The translations under genes were made by a program, and so were the position numbers. A model generated the notes under the pieces. That model saw only the letters and a list, made by a program, of their open reading frames with translations. It was not told the DNA's origin and did not search any database. From a virus (taxonomy: Duplodnaviria > Heunggongvirae > Uroviricota > Caudoviricetes): a stretch of 64,000 nucleotides of DNA. Every line of letters starts with the position of its first letter. Within the stretch, counting starts at the first letter, position 1. The stretch is taken from positions 46,677-110,676 of the IMG/VR virus record IMGVR_UViG_3300024348_000013; one strand, given 5' to 3'. Positions 46,778 through 56,974 of the stretch are shown here, in pieces.

Positions 46778-47347
46778 CTATCTTTTTAAATCCCTTTTAA
46801 TATCCTCTTTTACTTTTTCCAAATATACTAACCTTTCATTTTGTGAAACAAATGGTACACTCCAAAATTGGCGAGTCTTTGTTTTAAACCAACCGAATAC
46901 AAATGAATAAACACCCATCACTAATCTTAGCTTAACCGAATTGAAATACATTGTTAATACCGGTAATGCAGGTGCTCCATGTGTAAGGTATGTTCTAACT
47001 TTTTTATCACTCAATAAAGGTGTCGGATATCCATACACTTTTGTAACGGGTGTAAACTTATATGCAAACCCCGGCGTAAATATTTGGTCAAAGAATGCCT
47101 CCATTATCGGCGTACATCTAAACCACCAAACAGGGGATATAATATAAATCCTATCTGCCCATGTTATTAACTCTTTATACTTTTTGATTTTATCTTTTGT
47201 AAATTCAAATGTTATATTTTCTTTGTATAAATCTATTATACACGTTTCCTCTTTATTTTGTTTTAAAGTTGCTTCAATAGTTTTCATTATACCATTGTAG
47301 CAGAAACTCTTTTTATCAGGGTGTCCTATTATAATTAAGTTTTTCAT
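46778..47347 (-). CDS. flavodoxin-like NAD(P)H-dependent oxidoreductase (NQO/azoreductase fold)
   Basis: MKNLIIIGHPDKKSF...ADRIYIISPVWWFRCTPIMEAFFDQIF is the Flavodoxin_2 pattern. Confidence 0.6.
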   Translation of the reverse strand: MKNLIIIGHPDKKSFCYNGIMKTIEATLKQNKEETCIIDLYKENITFEFTKDKIKKYKELITWADRIYIISPVWWFRCTPIMEAFFDQIFTPGFAYKFTPVTKVYGYPTPLLSDKKVRTYLTHGAPALPVLTMYFNSVKLRLVMGVYSFVFGWFKTKTRQFWSVPFVSQNERLVYLEKVKEDIKRDLKR

Positions 47348-47352
47348 ATCAT

Positions 47353-47835
47353 TTAGTTTATTAATGGCTTATTACTCATTATCAATTGCTCCATCATTGC
47401 TATCAATTTCATTGGCTCACTTATCCATTCCTTTTGAATTAATACGCTATCATTTTGTGGATGTGTTAATGCTAAAGTAAAATAATTATTACCAACACTT
47501 GTATCTGGATTTCTATGTAAATCAAATACATAATGTTGCTTACCTACTATTCCTTTGAATTCATATACATTCCCAAATACTCCAATTTCTTCAGCTGAAA
47601 ATAATTGTATCATTGATTTATTTTTAACTGATAATGTTAGTATTTTATTAAGATTTTTAATTGTGATTCGATTATCTTGTATATCCAAAATATCTAATAA
47701 ACTTTTTGGTGGCATATTTGTTTTATCATTTTTAAGTTGCTCTATTAATACACATTGTAAATGGTCTGTATCTACTAAATATTCACTATCAATCCATTTA
47801 GTATCTTTGCCGCAATATTGACAAGTCCAATTCAT
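47353..47835 (-). CDS. hypothetical protein (160 aa)
   Basis: ORF, ATGA-coupled. Confidence 0.45.
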   Translation of the reverse strand: MNWTCQYCGKDTKWIDSEYLVDTDHLQCVLIEQLKNDKTNMPPKSLLDILDIQDNRITIKNLNKILTLSVKNKSMIQLFSAEEIGVFGNVYEFKGIVGKQHYVFDLHRNPDTSVGNNYFTLALTHPQNDSVLIQKEWISEPMKLIAMMEQLIMSNKPLIN

Positions 47836-48047
47836 TACTTTTTTTTCTTTTTTCGTTTGCTAGGTATTGTTAATGTTATACCTATCCCACTTTCACTAGC
47901 CCAATTTAAATCATACGATACATATCCATACAATTCAATCTTACCTTTCTTTATTAAACTCTTTTGATAATAAACCATTTGAGATGTAGTATCAGTTACT
48001 TGCGCTGATACTGATACTGGAAATAATAAAACTAATAACCATTTCAT
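47835..48047 (-). CDS. small secreted protein
   Basis: Signal peptide MKWLLVLLFPVSVSAQ. Confidence 0.4.
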   Translation of the reverse strand: MKWLLVLLFPVSVSAQVTDTTSQMVYYQKSLIKKGKIELYGYVSYDLNWASESGIGITLTIPSKRKKKKK

Positions 48048-48049
48048 TT

Positions 48050-48394
48050 TTAAAAAGGATTTGATGAAGTTAATCTCATACCTAATACCTTATCAATCAT
48101 TTCCTCAAATGTTTGTCTGAAAATTGAAATAGATGCCATACAAACTTTATCTATTGTATGTATTGTAGAACGATTTTCGTCATCCCTCAAAATAATACTA
48201 AAATCACCGTCATTTTTCCATTTATGGGCAGGTGTTAATACATTCAATTCCCACTTTGGTTTTTGTGGTAAGTTTAAATTCAATATAGTTGCTTCATACA
48301 TCGTTTCATCTGCATTATGTATTGGATTAACAATTGTATAACCTTTGTATGTATATCCACTTATTTTTTCCCAACCTTTAATTTTCATATTCAA
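48050..48394 (-). CDS. hypothetical protein (114 aa)
   Basis: ORF. Confidence 0.45.
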   Translation of the reverse strand: MNMKIKGWEKISGYTYKGYTIVNPIHNADETMYEATILNLNLPQKPKWELNVLTPAHKWKNDGDFSIILRDDENRSTIHTIDKVCMASISIFRQTFEEMIDKVLGMRLTSSNPF

Positions 48395-48396
48395 AA

Positions 48397-48588
48397 TTAT
48401 TTATGGTCATCGAAAAAAACATGCTTTTTACGAGCCAGCTCTTCTTCGATTATACGTTTCTTATTAGTTAATTGATTGATTTTAAATGCACGTCCCATTT
48501 TACCAATCCAATTTTGCGCTTTAAACTCAGTCCACTTTTTTAGTTCTGCGTTTGTTTGTTTTAATTCCTTTTTTAATGCCATTGTCAT
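48397..48588 (-). CDS. small hypothetical protein
   Basis: ORF; competing overlap with 48527..48772. Confidence 0.35.
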   Translation of the reverse strand: MTMALKKELKQTNAELKKWTEFKAQNWIGKMGRAFKINQLTNKKRIIEEELARKKHVFFDDHK

Positions 48589-48753
48589 ATCCTTGTTGTA
48601 TTGTGAAATAATAATTCCATTTTAACCAGCTAATTGCTATTCCAAATGCCGGTGTTAATACTCCTGATTCTAAAAAATAATATTTACTATACCATGCTTT
48701 TAAAAATGGTAATATGTTTATTACCTGTTTGTTTTTGTTCAAAGTGTTATTTT

Positions 48754-48966
48754 CTATAAACCATTTTCCCATAATCCTGAATTTTGTTTTGTTTTTAAAA
48801 TTGTTTCGTCTTGTGCTTTTACTTTAGCTCCATACATCATACGAACAATCATACCCAATTCCTCATCGGTTGTATTATCATCCATTATAATTTCTTTACG
48901 GATGCTTAGAGTTTCTTTTGCTTCCTCAGCCCATCCTATTATTTGTTTAGCGAATCCTTTATCCAT
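48754..48966 (-). CDS. small hypothetical protein
   Basis: ORF. Confidence 0.35.
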   Translation of the reverse strand: MDKGFAKQIIGWAEEAKETLSIRKEIIMDDNTTDEELGMIVRMMYGAKVKAQDETILKTKQNSGLWENGL

Positions 48967-48973
48967 AATTTAT

Positions 48974-49513
48974 TTATATATCGGTTGGTAATATTGTTGT
49001 TTTATGCCCTTCATCTCCAAAGATACGAAAACTTTTTACAATTCCCAAATCTGTTATTGTCACTGCTTCTATTTCAATACCCCACTTAACTACATATTCT
49101 TTAACTTCATTTGTTATTTGTGAATTTACATCCACTAATCCAGGCCAAGTTGTCATTTCAACTACGTCCCTAATTATACCTTGCGTTGTATCTATTAACA
49201 CATCATTAGCGTGCATTACACTTAATAAATAAGTTTGTATATTACTTACTCTATATCTGATAATTGCTTTTAATACAATACTTTCCTCGTCCAATGTTGT
49301 CAAAGTTTGTGATGGTAAATTAACCGATTGTGTAATAACAGGACATTCAATTACCGAATCAAAAAATGGTATCTTAAAATGAATACCACCGGATAAGTTT
49401 TTAATCCATTTTCCGTATCGTAATTGTACTGCCGCATTCCATTGCTCTATAATAACAAATGGTAACATATCCCTACCAAACCTAACTAATAAATCCACTA
49501 ACTTATCTAACAT
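48974..49513 (-). CDS. SPFH/band-7 domain protein
   Basis: IIEQWNAAVQLRYGKW...GIHFKIPFFDSV...QTLTTLDEESIVLKAIIRYRV..; stomatin/prohibitin-like fold. Confidence 0.6.
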   Translation of the reverse strand: MLDKLVDLLVRFGRDMLPFVIIEQWNAAVQLRYGKWIKNLSGGIHFKIPFFDSVIECPVITQSVNLPSQTLTTLDEESIVLKAIIRYRVSNIQTYLLSVMHANDVLIDTTQGIIRDVVEMTTWPGLVDVNSQITNEVKEYVVKWGIEIEAVTITDLGIVKSFRIFGDEGHKTTILPTDI

Positions 49514-49518
49514 ATCTT

Positions 49519-50034
49519 TTATTTTTTATCTATTAATCTACCGTATCCTCTAATCATTTGTTTGTATCGTGGTTCTTCTATACTACTAATCTTTACACCT
49601 TCATATCGATTTGCTGCGTGTATAAAATAACTATTACCAATAAAAACTCCCGTATGCCAGCCAGATGGTGATGCTTTACTTCTGAAAAATACCAAATCAC
49701 CTATCATCAAACTATCTTTTTTTAAACGTTGGGTTTGCTCCCATTGTTTATATGCCACCTCACCTAACACTTTATTATAAACATCTTTGTATAAACGTTT
49801 ATTAAATTGTGAACAATCAATTCCTCGTTCACTATTTCCGCCTAATTTATATGGTTTACCTATCCAATATAACATAAACTTATTTAATATCGTATCCGGT
49901 GTTAGAATTTCATCACTTATTGCCGGCAGTTTGAAATCAGTATATGGGTTTTTAGTTTGAGAATAACTTAATATCGGTAGTAATACTACTAATATTAGAA
50001 TAAATCTAAACTTTTTACTATTTAATTGTTTCAC
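49519..50034 (-). CDS. NlpC/P60 (C40) peptidase with signal peptide, probable endolysin
   Basis: YKLGGNSERGIDCSQF (catalytic Cys), GDLVFF, HTGVFIG (His) and FIHA; N-terminal signal sequence. Confidence 0.75.
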   Translation of the reverse strand: MKQLNSKKFRFILILVVLLPILSYSQTKNPYTDFKLPAISDEILTPDTILNKFMLYWIGKPYKLGGNSERGIDCSQFNKRLYKDVYNKVLGEVAYKQWEQTQRLKKDSLMIGDLVFFRSKASPSGWHTGVFIGNSYFIHAANRYEGVKISSIEEPRYKQMIRGYGRLIDKK

Positions 50035-50209
50035 TTAATTACCCCCATACCAGATACATTTACCATTGTATATGCAAATCTAGCTTCCTCTAATCTTTTA
50101 ATAAATTCTTTGTTCTCTAATTTGTGTGCATCCCACAAAGAAGATACTCTTAATTCCCTAGCCCATTGATTGAACCCATTGTCTGTATTACCTATTCTCT
50201 TAGCCATAA

Positions 50210-50506
50210 TTAATTAATTATAATATATTGTGAATGTTTGTATAAATTCTTTTCTAAATTATCTTGCTCCCAATTCAAAATGATTTGCTCAGCTTCTTTT
50301 TGAGTTTTTAGTGGGTATTGTCCCGATTGCCAAATTTTTATTGGTAACCTACCAATTGAATTAATTCTAAGCCATACCTTTTGCTGAGGTTGGTATAAAC
50401 GTTCACCACGTTCCACCCAAGTTTCAATACGATATTTTGGTTTAGAATATACTTGTAATGATACCACTCCCAATAGCATTACTAATAATATTTTTAACTT
50501 TTTCAT
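50210..50506 (-). CDS. small secreted protein
   Basis: MKKLKILLVMLLGVVSLQVYS signal peptide. The ATG at 50506 is preferred over the TTG at 50512; the promoter abuts the start, so the mRNA is likely leaderless. Confidence 0.5.
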   Translation of the reverse strand: MKKLKILLVMLLGVVSLQVYSKPKYRIETWVERGERLYQPQQKVWLRINSIGRLPIKIWQSGQYPLKTQKEAEQIILNWEQDNLEKNLYKHSQYIIIN

Positions 50507-50509
50507 ACT

Positions 50510-50541
50510 CAAATATACGAAAAATATCCGATATTACCAAA
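50510..50541 (-). promoter_or_regulatory. Bacteroidetes-type promoter (TTTG-N20-TATATTTG)
   Basis: Minus strand: TTTGGTAATATCGGATATTTTTCGTATATTTG. Confidence 0.55.
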
Positions 50542-50690
50542 TAAAAAAGGGATAATCTTTACAGAATATCCCTTTATGTAGGTATAATATATGAGTTCTT
50601 TATGATTTTTTTCTATAATTTCCCTTTTTTTGTTGCTCTTTGATTGTTTGCTTTGCCATTCGTTTACGATTAGCATCTTTTTTCTCTCTT

Positions 50691-51020
50691 TTATTCATGT
50701 TGTTTATTTTTAAGTAAATAGTTAATATATAAAATTATTTCAATAATTCCAAATCCAAAGAATAATAAAGCTAACCAATAAGTGTTCACTTCAAATTTTT
50801 CTGAACACATCCACATCGTATTGGCTATTAACCACCATAATATTATTTTATTCTCACGAAGAGATTTACCAGCGGTCATCATACACATCCACAATGATAT
50901 CAATATGGCAGGTATCGCTAACATTAAACTTATTACTGGCAAATTACACATCCACATAAAATCTTTTAATAACCATAATGGATAATGTAAATCGGATATT
51001 AATTTTTGCTTGTTAGTCAT
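50691..51020 (-). CDS. membrane protein (109 aa)
   Basis: Three hydrophobic helices. Confidence 0.45.
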   Translation of the reverse strand: MTNKQKLISDLHYPLWLLKDFMWMCNLPVISLMLAIPAILISLWMCMMTAGKSLRENKIILWWLIANTMWMCSEKFEVNTYWLALLFFGFGIIEIILYINYLLKNKQHE

Positions 51021-51021
51021 A

Positions 51022-51693
51022 CTAATAACTATTAATCCTATTAGTTAAATAAGTTGCTAAATATTGATGCCCAGTATTATTTAAATGGTTATCGTTAAAT
51101 TTTTCAATGGGCCCTAAATCGGTAATTCTTAATTTTTTTTCTACCATTTTTTGGTACAAAGAGTATGTATCTTCAAATTGAATAAAATTATTTCTATTGT
51201 AAAAACTTTTTGAAAATAAATTCATATCGAAATCATATCCAAATGAAATAAATGGTATATTCCTATAATGTAACCAGTTTGATATAAAATCTACTTGCTT
51301 TTCAAATTCTAATACTGATGTTTTACGTGAATAAAAATATTTTAACCATTGTCTATAAAATTCAACAATAGGTTTATCATCTATATCATTTTCATTTACT
51401 TCAGTTCTGCACATTGATATAAATCTATCTTCATTCATATCACTATACATCCCTAATCTATTAAAAAATGTATATTGTATTACATATATGGAATGATTAT
51501 TTAAATCTTTTTTAGATGCAAGATATACATCATTTATAATGTGTTGATTTGACTTGCCGGTAACGGCGTGGGAAATGTGCGGTATTCCCGTATTTTTTGT
51601 AATTAAATTCCTATGAGACTCAAATTCGTGCCCAGTTAGACTTGTTTCCACTTCGGTAAATGAGCACCCAAAAAACTGTAACTTATTTATCAT
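51022..51693 (-). CDS. SGNH/GDSL-like hydrolase, paralog 3
   Basis: FFGCSFTEVETS block I variant and DNHLNNTGH block V. Confidence 0.5.
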   Translation of the reverse strand: MINKLQFFGCSFTEVETSLTGHEFESHRNLITKNTGIPHISHAVTGKSNQHIINDVYLASKKDLNNHSIYVIQYTFFNRLGMYSDMNEDRFISMCRTEVNENDIDDKPIVEFYRQWLKYFYSRKTSVLEFEKQVDFISNWLHYRNIPFISFGYDFDMNLFSKSFYNRNNFIQFEDTYSLYQKMVEKKLRITDLGPIEKFNDNHLNNTGHQYLATYLTNRINSY

Positions 51694-51710
51694 TTAAGAT
51701 AATTTAATTA

Positions 51711-52031
51711 CTATTCAGCAGGAGTTTCAGCCGGAGTTTCTATTACTTGATGTTCTAAGCCAGTTGCTATCATGCCATCAGGTCCACATTCCCAAACGAT
51801 TGGTAAATTACCGTGAATTTCTTTTTGAGCTAACTTATCAGCTTCCAAAGCATCCCAATGCGTAAACTTAGCTAATTCAGCTTCAGTTACATATTTTTTA
51901 GTAAATGTACCATTTTGTGCAACTAAGATAGGAAACTGTCCAGCTCCAACTTGAGCCATTTCAGCTTCAGAAAAATCACCCGCTTGATACGCATTTACGT
52001 TTAGATTGCCTGTGTATACTACTTCTTCCAT
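51711..52031 (-). CDS. hypothetical protein
   Basis: Likely true start at MEEVVYTGNLNV; the track N-terminus is translated AT-rich spacer. Confidence 0.4.
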   Translation of the reverse strand: MEEVVYTGNLNVNAYQAGDFSEAEMAQVGAGQFPILVAQNGTFTKKYVTEAELAKFTHWDALEADKLAQKEIHGNLPIVWECGPDGMIATGLEHQVIETPAETPAE

Positions 52032-52259
52032 TTTTTTTGATTTTAATTTGTTTCTAATATAAATATAAAATAATTTAAGAAATAACTTCAGCTTCTTGTA
52101 TTTTTTCACAAAATAACAATAAACCATCTTTTCTCAAAACTATATCACATTCTAATAACTCACGTAATTCTTGCGTTTTACCTGGCTTTACTCTTTGCTC
52201 AGAATATATTTCAATAATTAAATATAAATTATCATTATGTCTTATAAATTCTTTACGTT

Positions 52260-52601
52260 TCATTTCCAAAATATTTGTATTCCTAAAATCCCACAAGCCA
52301 AAATTAAACAAATAAATGTTTTTAAATTAATAGCTTCATTGAATAAAAAGAAACTCATTAGGCCAAACACAATAATACCAATTCCAAATCCTATAAGACG
52401 AGATGGCCAAATATCACCATTGAACTCATATACAAATGCTTCTACTGATTTTATATATAACCAGCTGATTGGTATTGCCATACCCAATATAATAATTGGA
52501 TATCTTTCATACCAATTATATTTTATATTTCCCTGTAATTGCAAAAAGGTGAGTACTTGTGCTATGAATCCATACACAAATCCCAAAAGTAACTTATTCA
52601 T
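52260..52601 (-). CDS. membrane protein (113 aa)
   Basis: Four hydrophobic segments. Confidence 0.45.
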   Translation of the reverse strand: MNKLLLGFVYGFIAQVLTFLQLQGNIKYNWYERYPIIILGMAIPISWLYIKSVEAFVYEFNGDIWPSRLIGFGIGIIVFGLMSFFLFNEAINLKTFICLILACGILGIQIFWK

Positions 52602-52614
52602 TTTTTTATTTTAT

Positions 52615-52851
52615 TTAGTAATCGTCATCGTCCATATCAAACGAATCACCTCTAGCATCATCTTCATAGATTTCATCTTCTATTAGTGCAAGTGATTCGT
52701 AAATATCATCTAATAACGGATGGTAAGTGCCATCTTTATCAATCTGCTTTAGATTGCTTTTTATTCCGTCTATTAATTTTAATATCTCGTCTTTCATTTT
52801 TTTGGTTTTCAATAAGTATAAACAAATTTCTAATTTTAGCACATTGTTCAT
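52615..52851 (-). CDS. small acidic protein
   Basis: ORF with a DDDDY tail. Confidence 0.35.
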   Translation of the reverse strand: MNNVLKLEICLYLLKTKKMKDEILKLIDGIKSNLKQIDKDGTYHPLLDDIYESLALIEDEIYEDDARGDSFDMDDDDY

Positions 52852-53097
52852 ATTCTTCTATTGAAAGAAAATATTCCATTGCCTTATTCAATGTCAATTC
52901 TACATTATCTTGCTTAATTATGAACACTATATTATCAGCTAAATTAGATACCAATATAGCTTGAACTAATTCCAATCGTTCATTAATCAGCTTCTCCGAA
53001 TATCTAACTAATTCCGAATATATAACATACCGATTATCTTTTAGCCAATTGCTTAAAGATTGATTACCCAAATCAATATGTAATATAATAGGTTGCA

Positions 53098-53901
53098 TTA
53101 GTATTGATAAAAGTTTTCATTATATTCAATATCAAACAATTCAATATAGTTTGCTGTTAAATATTTTTCCGGAATATCCTTAGTTAAAGAATATTGTACT
53201 AACATATTTATTTCATTATCGGAAAATGTATAAGTATTTCTATAAGTTTGTGCAATATCATTGGGTGAATAAAATCCACTCCTATGCCAACCAAATGATT
53301 CAGTTGTATTATCAAACCCTTCAAATGAAGCAAATTTACGAGCAATAGTATCATCCGGCCATTTTATTTTAAATGGTGTATTTTTATCAGCCATCCATTC
53401 ATTATCAAAAAATGATGAATAAAACCCATCTTCAGCTCCACTACCAAATGTATCAGTACATTCTGACATCTTTAGCATCATTTCAGTATTTCTTAACGAA
53501 AATCCTCCATTATGTACTGAATGCCCACCACCAATATATGGATAATTAAAGAATTCATTATTCCAAGAACCAAAAAATAATGGAAATCCATCCCATTGTA
53601 CAATTAAATACCAATCAGTTTTAATTAAAAATGGTAATCGTTTTATTAAAAAATTTGAATACCAAGATATTCCCTGACCTTCTTTGTTATCCCAATCAAA
53701 TGGCCATAGAGTATCAAATCTCTCATCTAATATATGTTTATTTTTATTGAATGGGTTTATAGATAAAATATCCCCAAAATTAATTCCATTTAATAAGAAT
53801 GGAAATAAACGAGACATTGCTGCTAATCTAATATTATTTTTAGATGTATAATCCCGAGCCGAGTCGATTGTAACTAACGTAACATTTTCTAAATTAATCA
53901 T
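53098..53901 (-). CDS. hypothetical protein (267 aa, Trp/Phe-rich)
   Basis: ORF, ATGA-coupled to the upstream gene. Confidence 0.45.
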   Translation of the reverse strand: MINLENVTLVTIDSARDYTSKNNIRLAAMSRLFPFLLNGINFGDILSINPFNKNKHILDERFDTLWPFDWDNKEGQGISWYSNFLIKRLPFLIKTDWYLIVQWDGFPLFFGSWNNEFFNYPYIGGGHSVHNGGFSLRNTEMMLKMSECTDTFGSGAEDGFYSSFFDNEWMADKNTPFKIKWPDDTIARKFASFEGFDNTTESFGWHRSGFYSPNDIAQTYRNTYTFSDNEINMLVQYSLTKDIPEKYLTANYIELFDIEYNENFYQY

Positions 53902-54134
53902 TTATATTTATTTAAACGTTTCGTAAGCCAGATATAAACCCCAAAGAATAACCCCGCTATACAATACAAAACGAAGTTCGCTTTCCATAAACTTCCTGTC
54001 AGTAATATTAGGGAATATTGCACGGCATCGAATCCAAAGGGATTGAAGAATAGTGCCAGCATCAATGCCATATCTTTGTATAACATTATTCTGTTTTCCT
54101 TGCTTTTCAGCTTGTTGATTGTTTTTACTATCAC
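53898..54134 (-). CDS. small membrane protein
   Basis: Hydrophobic frame preferred over the overlapping 53908..54144 frame. Confidence 0.4.
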   Translation of the reverse strand: MIVKTINKLKSKENRIMLYKDMALMLALFFNPFGFDAVQYSLILLTGSLWKANFVLYCIAGLFFGVYIWLTKRLNKYK

Positions 54135-54369
54135 CCTCGTCCATTAAATATTTAATTTCGTTTACAATATATAACCTTTACAATAAGTATTAATTGGATT
54201 TGATATTTTCCAATTCAATAGCTTTTTGTTCTATAAATTCTATCACCTCACTACTCCCAATTAAACATTCGTATTTTGAATAGATTCTAATAAATTCATC
54301 TAATCCAAGAGATTCAAATTCTCTTTGAATTTGCTCCATATCAGGTACATGGCAGTGGTGATATCCCAT

Positions 54370-54900
54370 TTATTTAAGTTTCTTTTTATATTTTTCAGCA
54401 GCTTTCTTTAAGGCTTCATTGGGTTCAACCCCTTCAAACAAATCATCATCTTCCGGTGTATCACCCCATTCAAAACTACTATCGGTTACTATTCTTGCAC
54501 CATAATCATCAAATTCAGCTTCATCTTCATCGGTTGCTCTATAATGTAATCCTTCGTTTCCGTTTTGTCCTATAACATCCATTCTTTCGTTTGCCTGATT
54601 TTCATCCCATTTCACTTTGTTATGAAATACTACATCCGCTAATTCATCCGTTTGCCATTCAGTTAATTGTTCTTTCAAATCTTCGGCATCGGTTTCTCTA
54701 TATTCATCTGCTCTATCTACTATCCAATTTTTCCAAGCTGATTGATGATATCCTAATCCAACACAAATAGTTTGAAATGCTTCAAACAATTCATCGATAT
54801 CAGTATCACTATGGTCTATTTCAACTGAAACCTTTGTACCATATTGTTGTGCAGTAATAATTGTTGGTTTTATAAAATCTGCTATTCCGTTATTTTTCAT
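54370..54900 (-). CDS. acidic hypothetical protein
   Basis: Asp/Glu-rich. The start is trimmed to the internal Met to give an ATGA junction with the upstream gene. Confidence 0.4.
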   Translation of the reverse strand: MKNNGIADFIKPTIITAQQYGTKVSVEIDHSDTDIDELFEAFQTICVGLGYHQSAWKNWIVDRADEYRETDAEDLKEQLTEWQTDELADVVFHNKVKWDENQANERMDVIGQNGNEGLHYRATDEDEAEFDDYGARIVTDSSFEWGDTPEDDDLFEGVEPNEALKKAAEKYKKKLK

Positions 54901-56306
54901 ATAAGTTCTGTTGTTTGTGTTAAATTTCTTAATATTTTTGCACAATCGTTAATAAATAATTTATCTTTTGAATAATTTAAAAACAAGTTCTGATTATGAT
55001 GTAGTATATCTATTACATTTTTAGAAAACGTATCTTTCTCTTCTTTTGTTTTATTACTAAACTTTTCAACTTCATCTAATATCATTTTTAAACGAGTAAA
55101 GTCATCATTTTCTAAATCATAACTCTCATCTATAAACGGATGAAATGTTTGAAATCCTAATCCTTTTAAATATTCTAATGATTTTGCTGGACCCATTAAA
55201 ATAAATGGATGCGAATGTCCAATTGGTTTCCAAATCTTTTCACTCAAGTAGCCAGCTGGAAATTCTACATAAACATCTTCTTCCTCTCGTCTTTGAAAAA
55301 AGATAGATTCTGAAACCAAACTTATATATGAATCCAAATACATATCTTTATTTTCAAATCCATATCCTGCAATTTTAGTTAAATCTTCTATGTCTAATAC
55401 TTTGGATTCATTTTTAATTAAATTAGCAAATTCAATATTATCATCGTGTTCCAAAAATGCATCAACTACATTTTGATGGTATAACCTATTATCCCAAGAT
55501 ACTAAATTATTATCTAATCCTAATCTATGCAATTTACTCATTGCCATCAATCTATGTAATTTCCAATGTCTACATAAAAATAGAAAATCTTTTTTATCTT
55601 TACCTATACTACCAACAAATTCTGCATGAGTTGCTATTGAACTACGTTTTTTTTCTATCTTACCAATTTGTGGTTCATGACTGTTGTCACCCCAATACGA
55701 AAAATTTGGATTATTTATTGTATTATTGAATTCTTGTGATTTTGAAACATATGCAAGATTGAAATCAAATACATTATAATTGACTCCCATCTTTTCAAGG
55801 TTTCTTTTTAATTTAAAGTCCTGAAATATTAAAAATACTTTCTCATCGGGTATTTCATTTTCCCGCGTAAAATTAATAATCTTTTGAAAGTTTGGTTTAG
55901 TCATACCTAACCCACCATCAATGATATAGTTAATTAATAAATTACCATTACCTGTCTTAATTTCATTCAGAGCTACCTTTGACATATTCTTTAATGCTAA
56001 TTCATTATAGAATGGATGGTTACCAAAAAATGATTCAATAGAGCCAAATGGTTCTACTATATAATACCATGGCCTGATTTCTTTGTTATTTATAATTTCA
56101 TAAATTGATTTCTTATCAACATATTGATTCCAAAAATTACTATTGTAAATATGCCAATCATTATTCCAACGTTTTTGATATCCCTCTCCACACATTGAGA
56201 AATCAAAATCAGATGCATTATGAATGGTATTTAAAAATTTTGGATGTAGACAATTTGGCATTTCGCCATTATAAGTCATTATATCATATCCGAACAATAT
56301 TTTCAT
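54897..56306 (-). CDS. hypothetical protein (469 aa)
   Basis: Long ORF with no recognisable motif. Confidence 0.5.
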   Translation of the reverse strand: MKILFGYDIMTYNGEMPNCLHPKFLNTIHNASDFDFSMCGEGYQKRWNNDWHIYNSNFWNQYVDKKSIYEIINNKEIRPWYYIVEPFGSIESFFGNHPFYNELALKNMSKVALNEIKTGNGNLLINYIIDGGLGMTKPNFQKIINFTRENEIPDEKVFLIFQDFKLKRNLEKMGVNYNVFDFNLAYVSKSQEFNNTINNPNFSYWGDNSHEPQIGKIEKKRSSIATHAEFVGSIGKDKKDFLFLCRHWKLHRLMAMSKLHRLGLDNNLVSWDNRLYHQNVVDAFLEHDDNIEFANLIKNESKVLDIEDLTKIAGYGFENKDMYLDSYISLVSESIFFQRREEEDVYVEFPAGYLSEKIWKPIGHSHPFILMGPAKSLEYLKGLGFQTFHPFIDESYDLENDDFTRLKMILDEVEKFSNKTKEEKDTFSKNVIDILHHNQNLFLNYSKDKLFINDCAKILRNLTQTTELI

Positions 56307-56629
56307 AGATTATTAAAATTGAAGTTTTTGTTATTTGAATATAATATCTCACCATCTGGGTTTACACTCATATCAAGTGCACCCTGTTCAACTAAATCCA
56401 TTATAGTAGTGCTTATGTTTACTTCCATTGTATCATTACACACCTTTAAAAATTCAGTATCCGTTAGAAACATGTTATCTTCTTGCTCCCACTTTCTTTG
56501 CATTGCAGTTTGAAAATTGCGTTTTAATTCCAATCTTTCAATAAAAACATTTTCTTCAAAAAATCCATGCTCATCCAACGTATCAATTATTTGATTTGAT
56601 ACTTCAACGATTTCATTAAGTATATCCAT
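56303..56629 (-). CDS. hypothetical protein
   Basis: ORF, coupled. Confidence 0.4.
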   Translation of the reverse strand: MDILNEIVEVSNQIIDTLDEHGFFEENVFIERLELKRNFQTAMQRKWEQEDNMFLTDTEFLKVCNDTMEVNISTTIMDLVEQGALDMSVNPDGEILYSNNKNFNFNNL

Positions 56630-56921
56630 TTTGTTTTTTTAATAACTCATCCAATTCCAATTGTTCTTCAATTGTTGGCGTATAAGTTGATTTATAATAT
56701 TCGTCATCGTATTCCATATCCTCTGGAAATATAGAATGTGGTTTATCACGATGTATGTCATCCGAAAATATAACTTTTTTACTATCTTCGGTACTTCTCC
56801 ATTGCCAATATTGTTCGTTCATTTGTTCTTGAGCAAGATATTGTTCGTAGATATAATCTTCATCTCCACTACCGGATACTGCTTGCTGTTGGTCCAAATA
56901 TAGTTCTTTCATTTTACCCAT
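56616..56921 (-). CDS. hypothetical acidic protein
   Basis: ORF downstream of the promoter at 56944-56974. Confidence 0.4.
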   Translation of the reverse strand: MGKMKELYLDQQQAVSGSGDEDYIYEQYLAQEQMNEQYWQWRSTEDSKKVIFSDDIHRDKPHSIFPEDMEYDDEYYKSTYTPTIEEQLELDELLKKQNGYT

Positions 56922-56943
56922 AATAATAGTTATTTAATTTATA

Positions 56944-56974
56944 CAAATATACAATAATTTTTTCTTATTTCAAA
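56944..56974 (-). promoter_or_regulatory. Bacteroidetes-type promoter (TTTG-N19-TATATTTG)
   Basis: Minus strand: TTTGAAATAAGAAAAAATTATTGTATATTTG. Confidence 0.5.

Noticed and set aside
48527-48772. 81-aa ORF overlapping 48397..48588 and 48754..48966
   Set aside because: It overlaps the 3-prime end of 48754..48966 and the 5-prime end of 48397..48588, so at least one of the three calls is likely spurious. It is kept out of the feature list.
53908-54144. Alternative overlapping frame to the membrane-protein ORF 53898..54134
   Set aside because: Both frames are open over the same DNA. The hydrophobic transmembrane-like frame was preferred, but this cannot be settled without homology.
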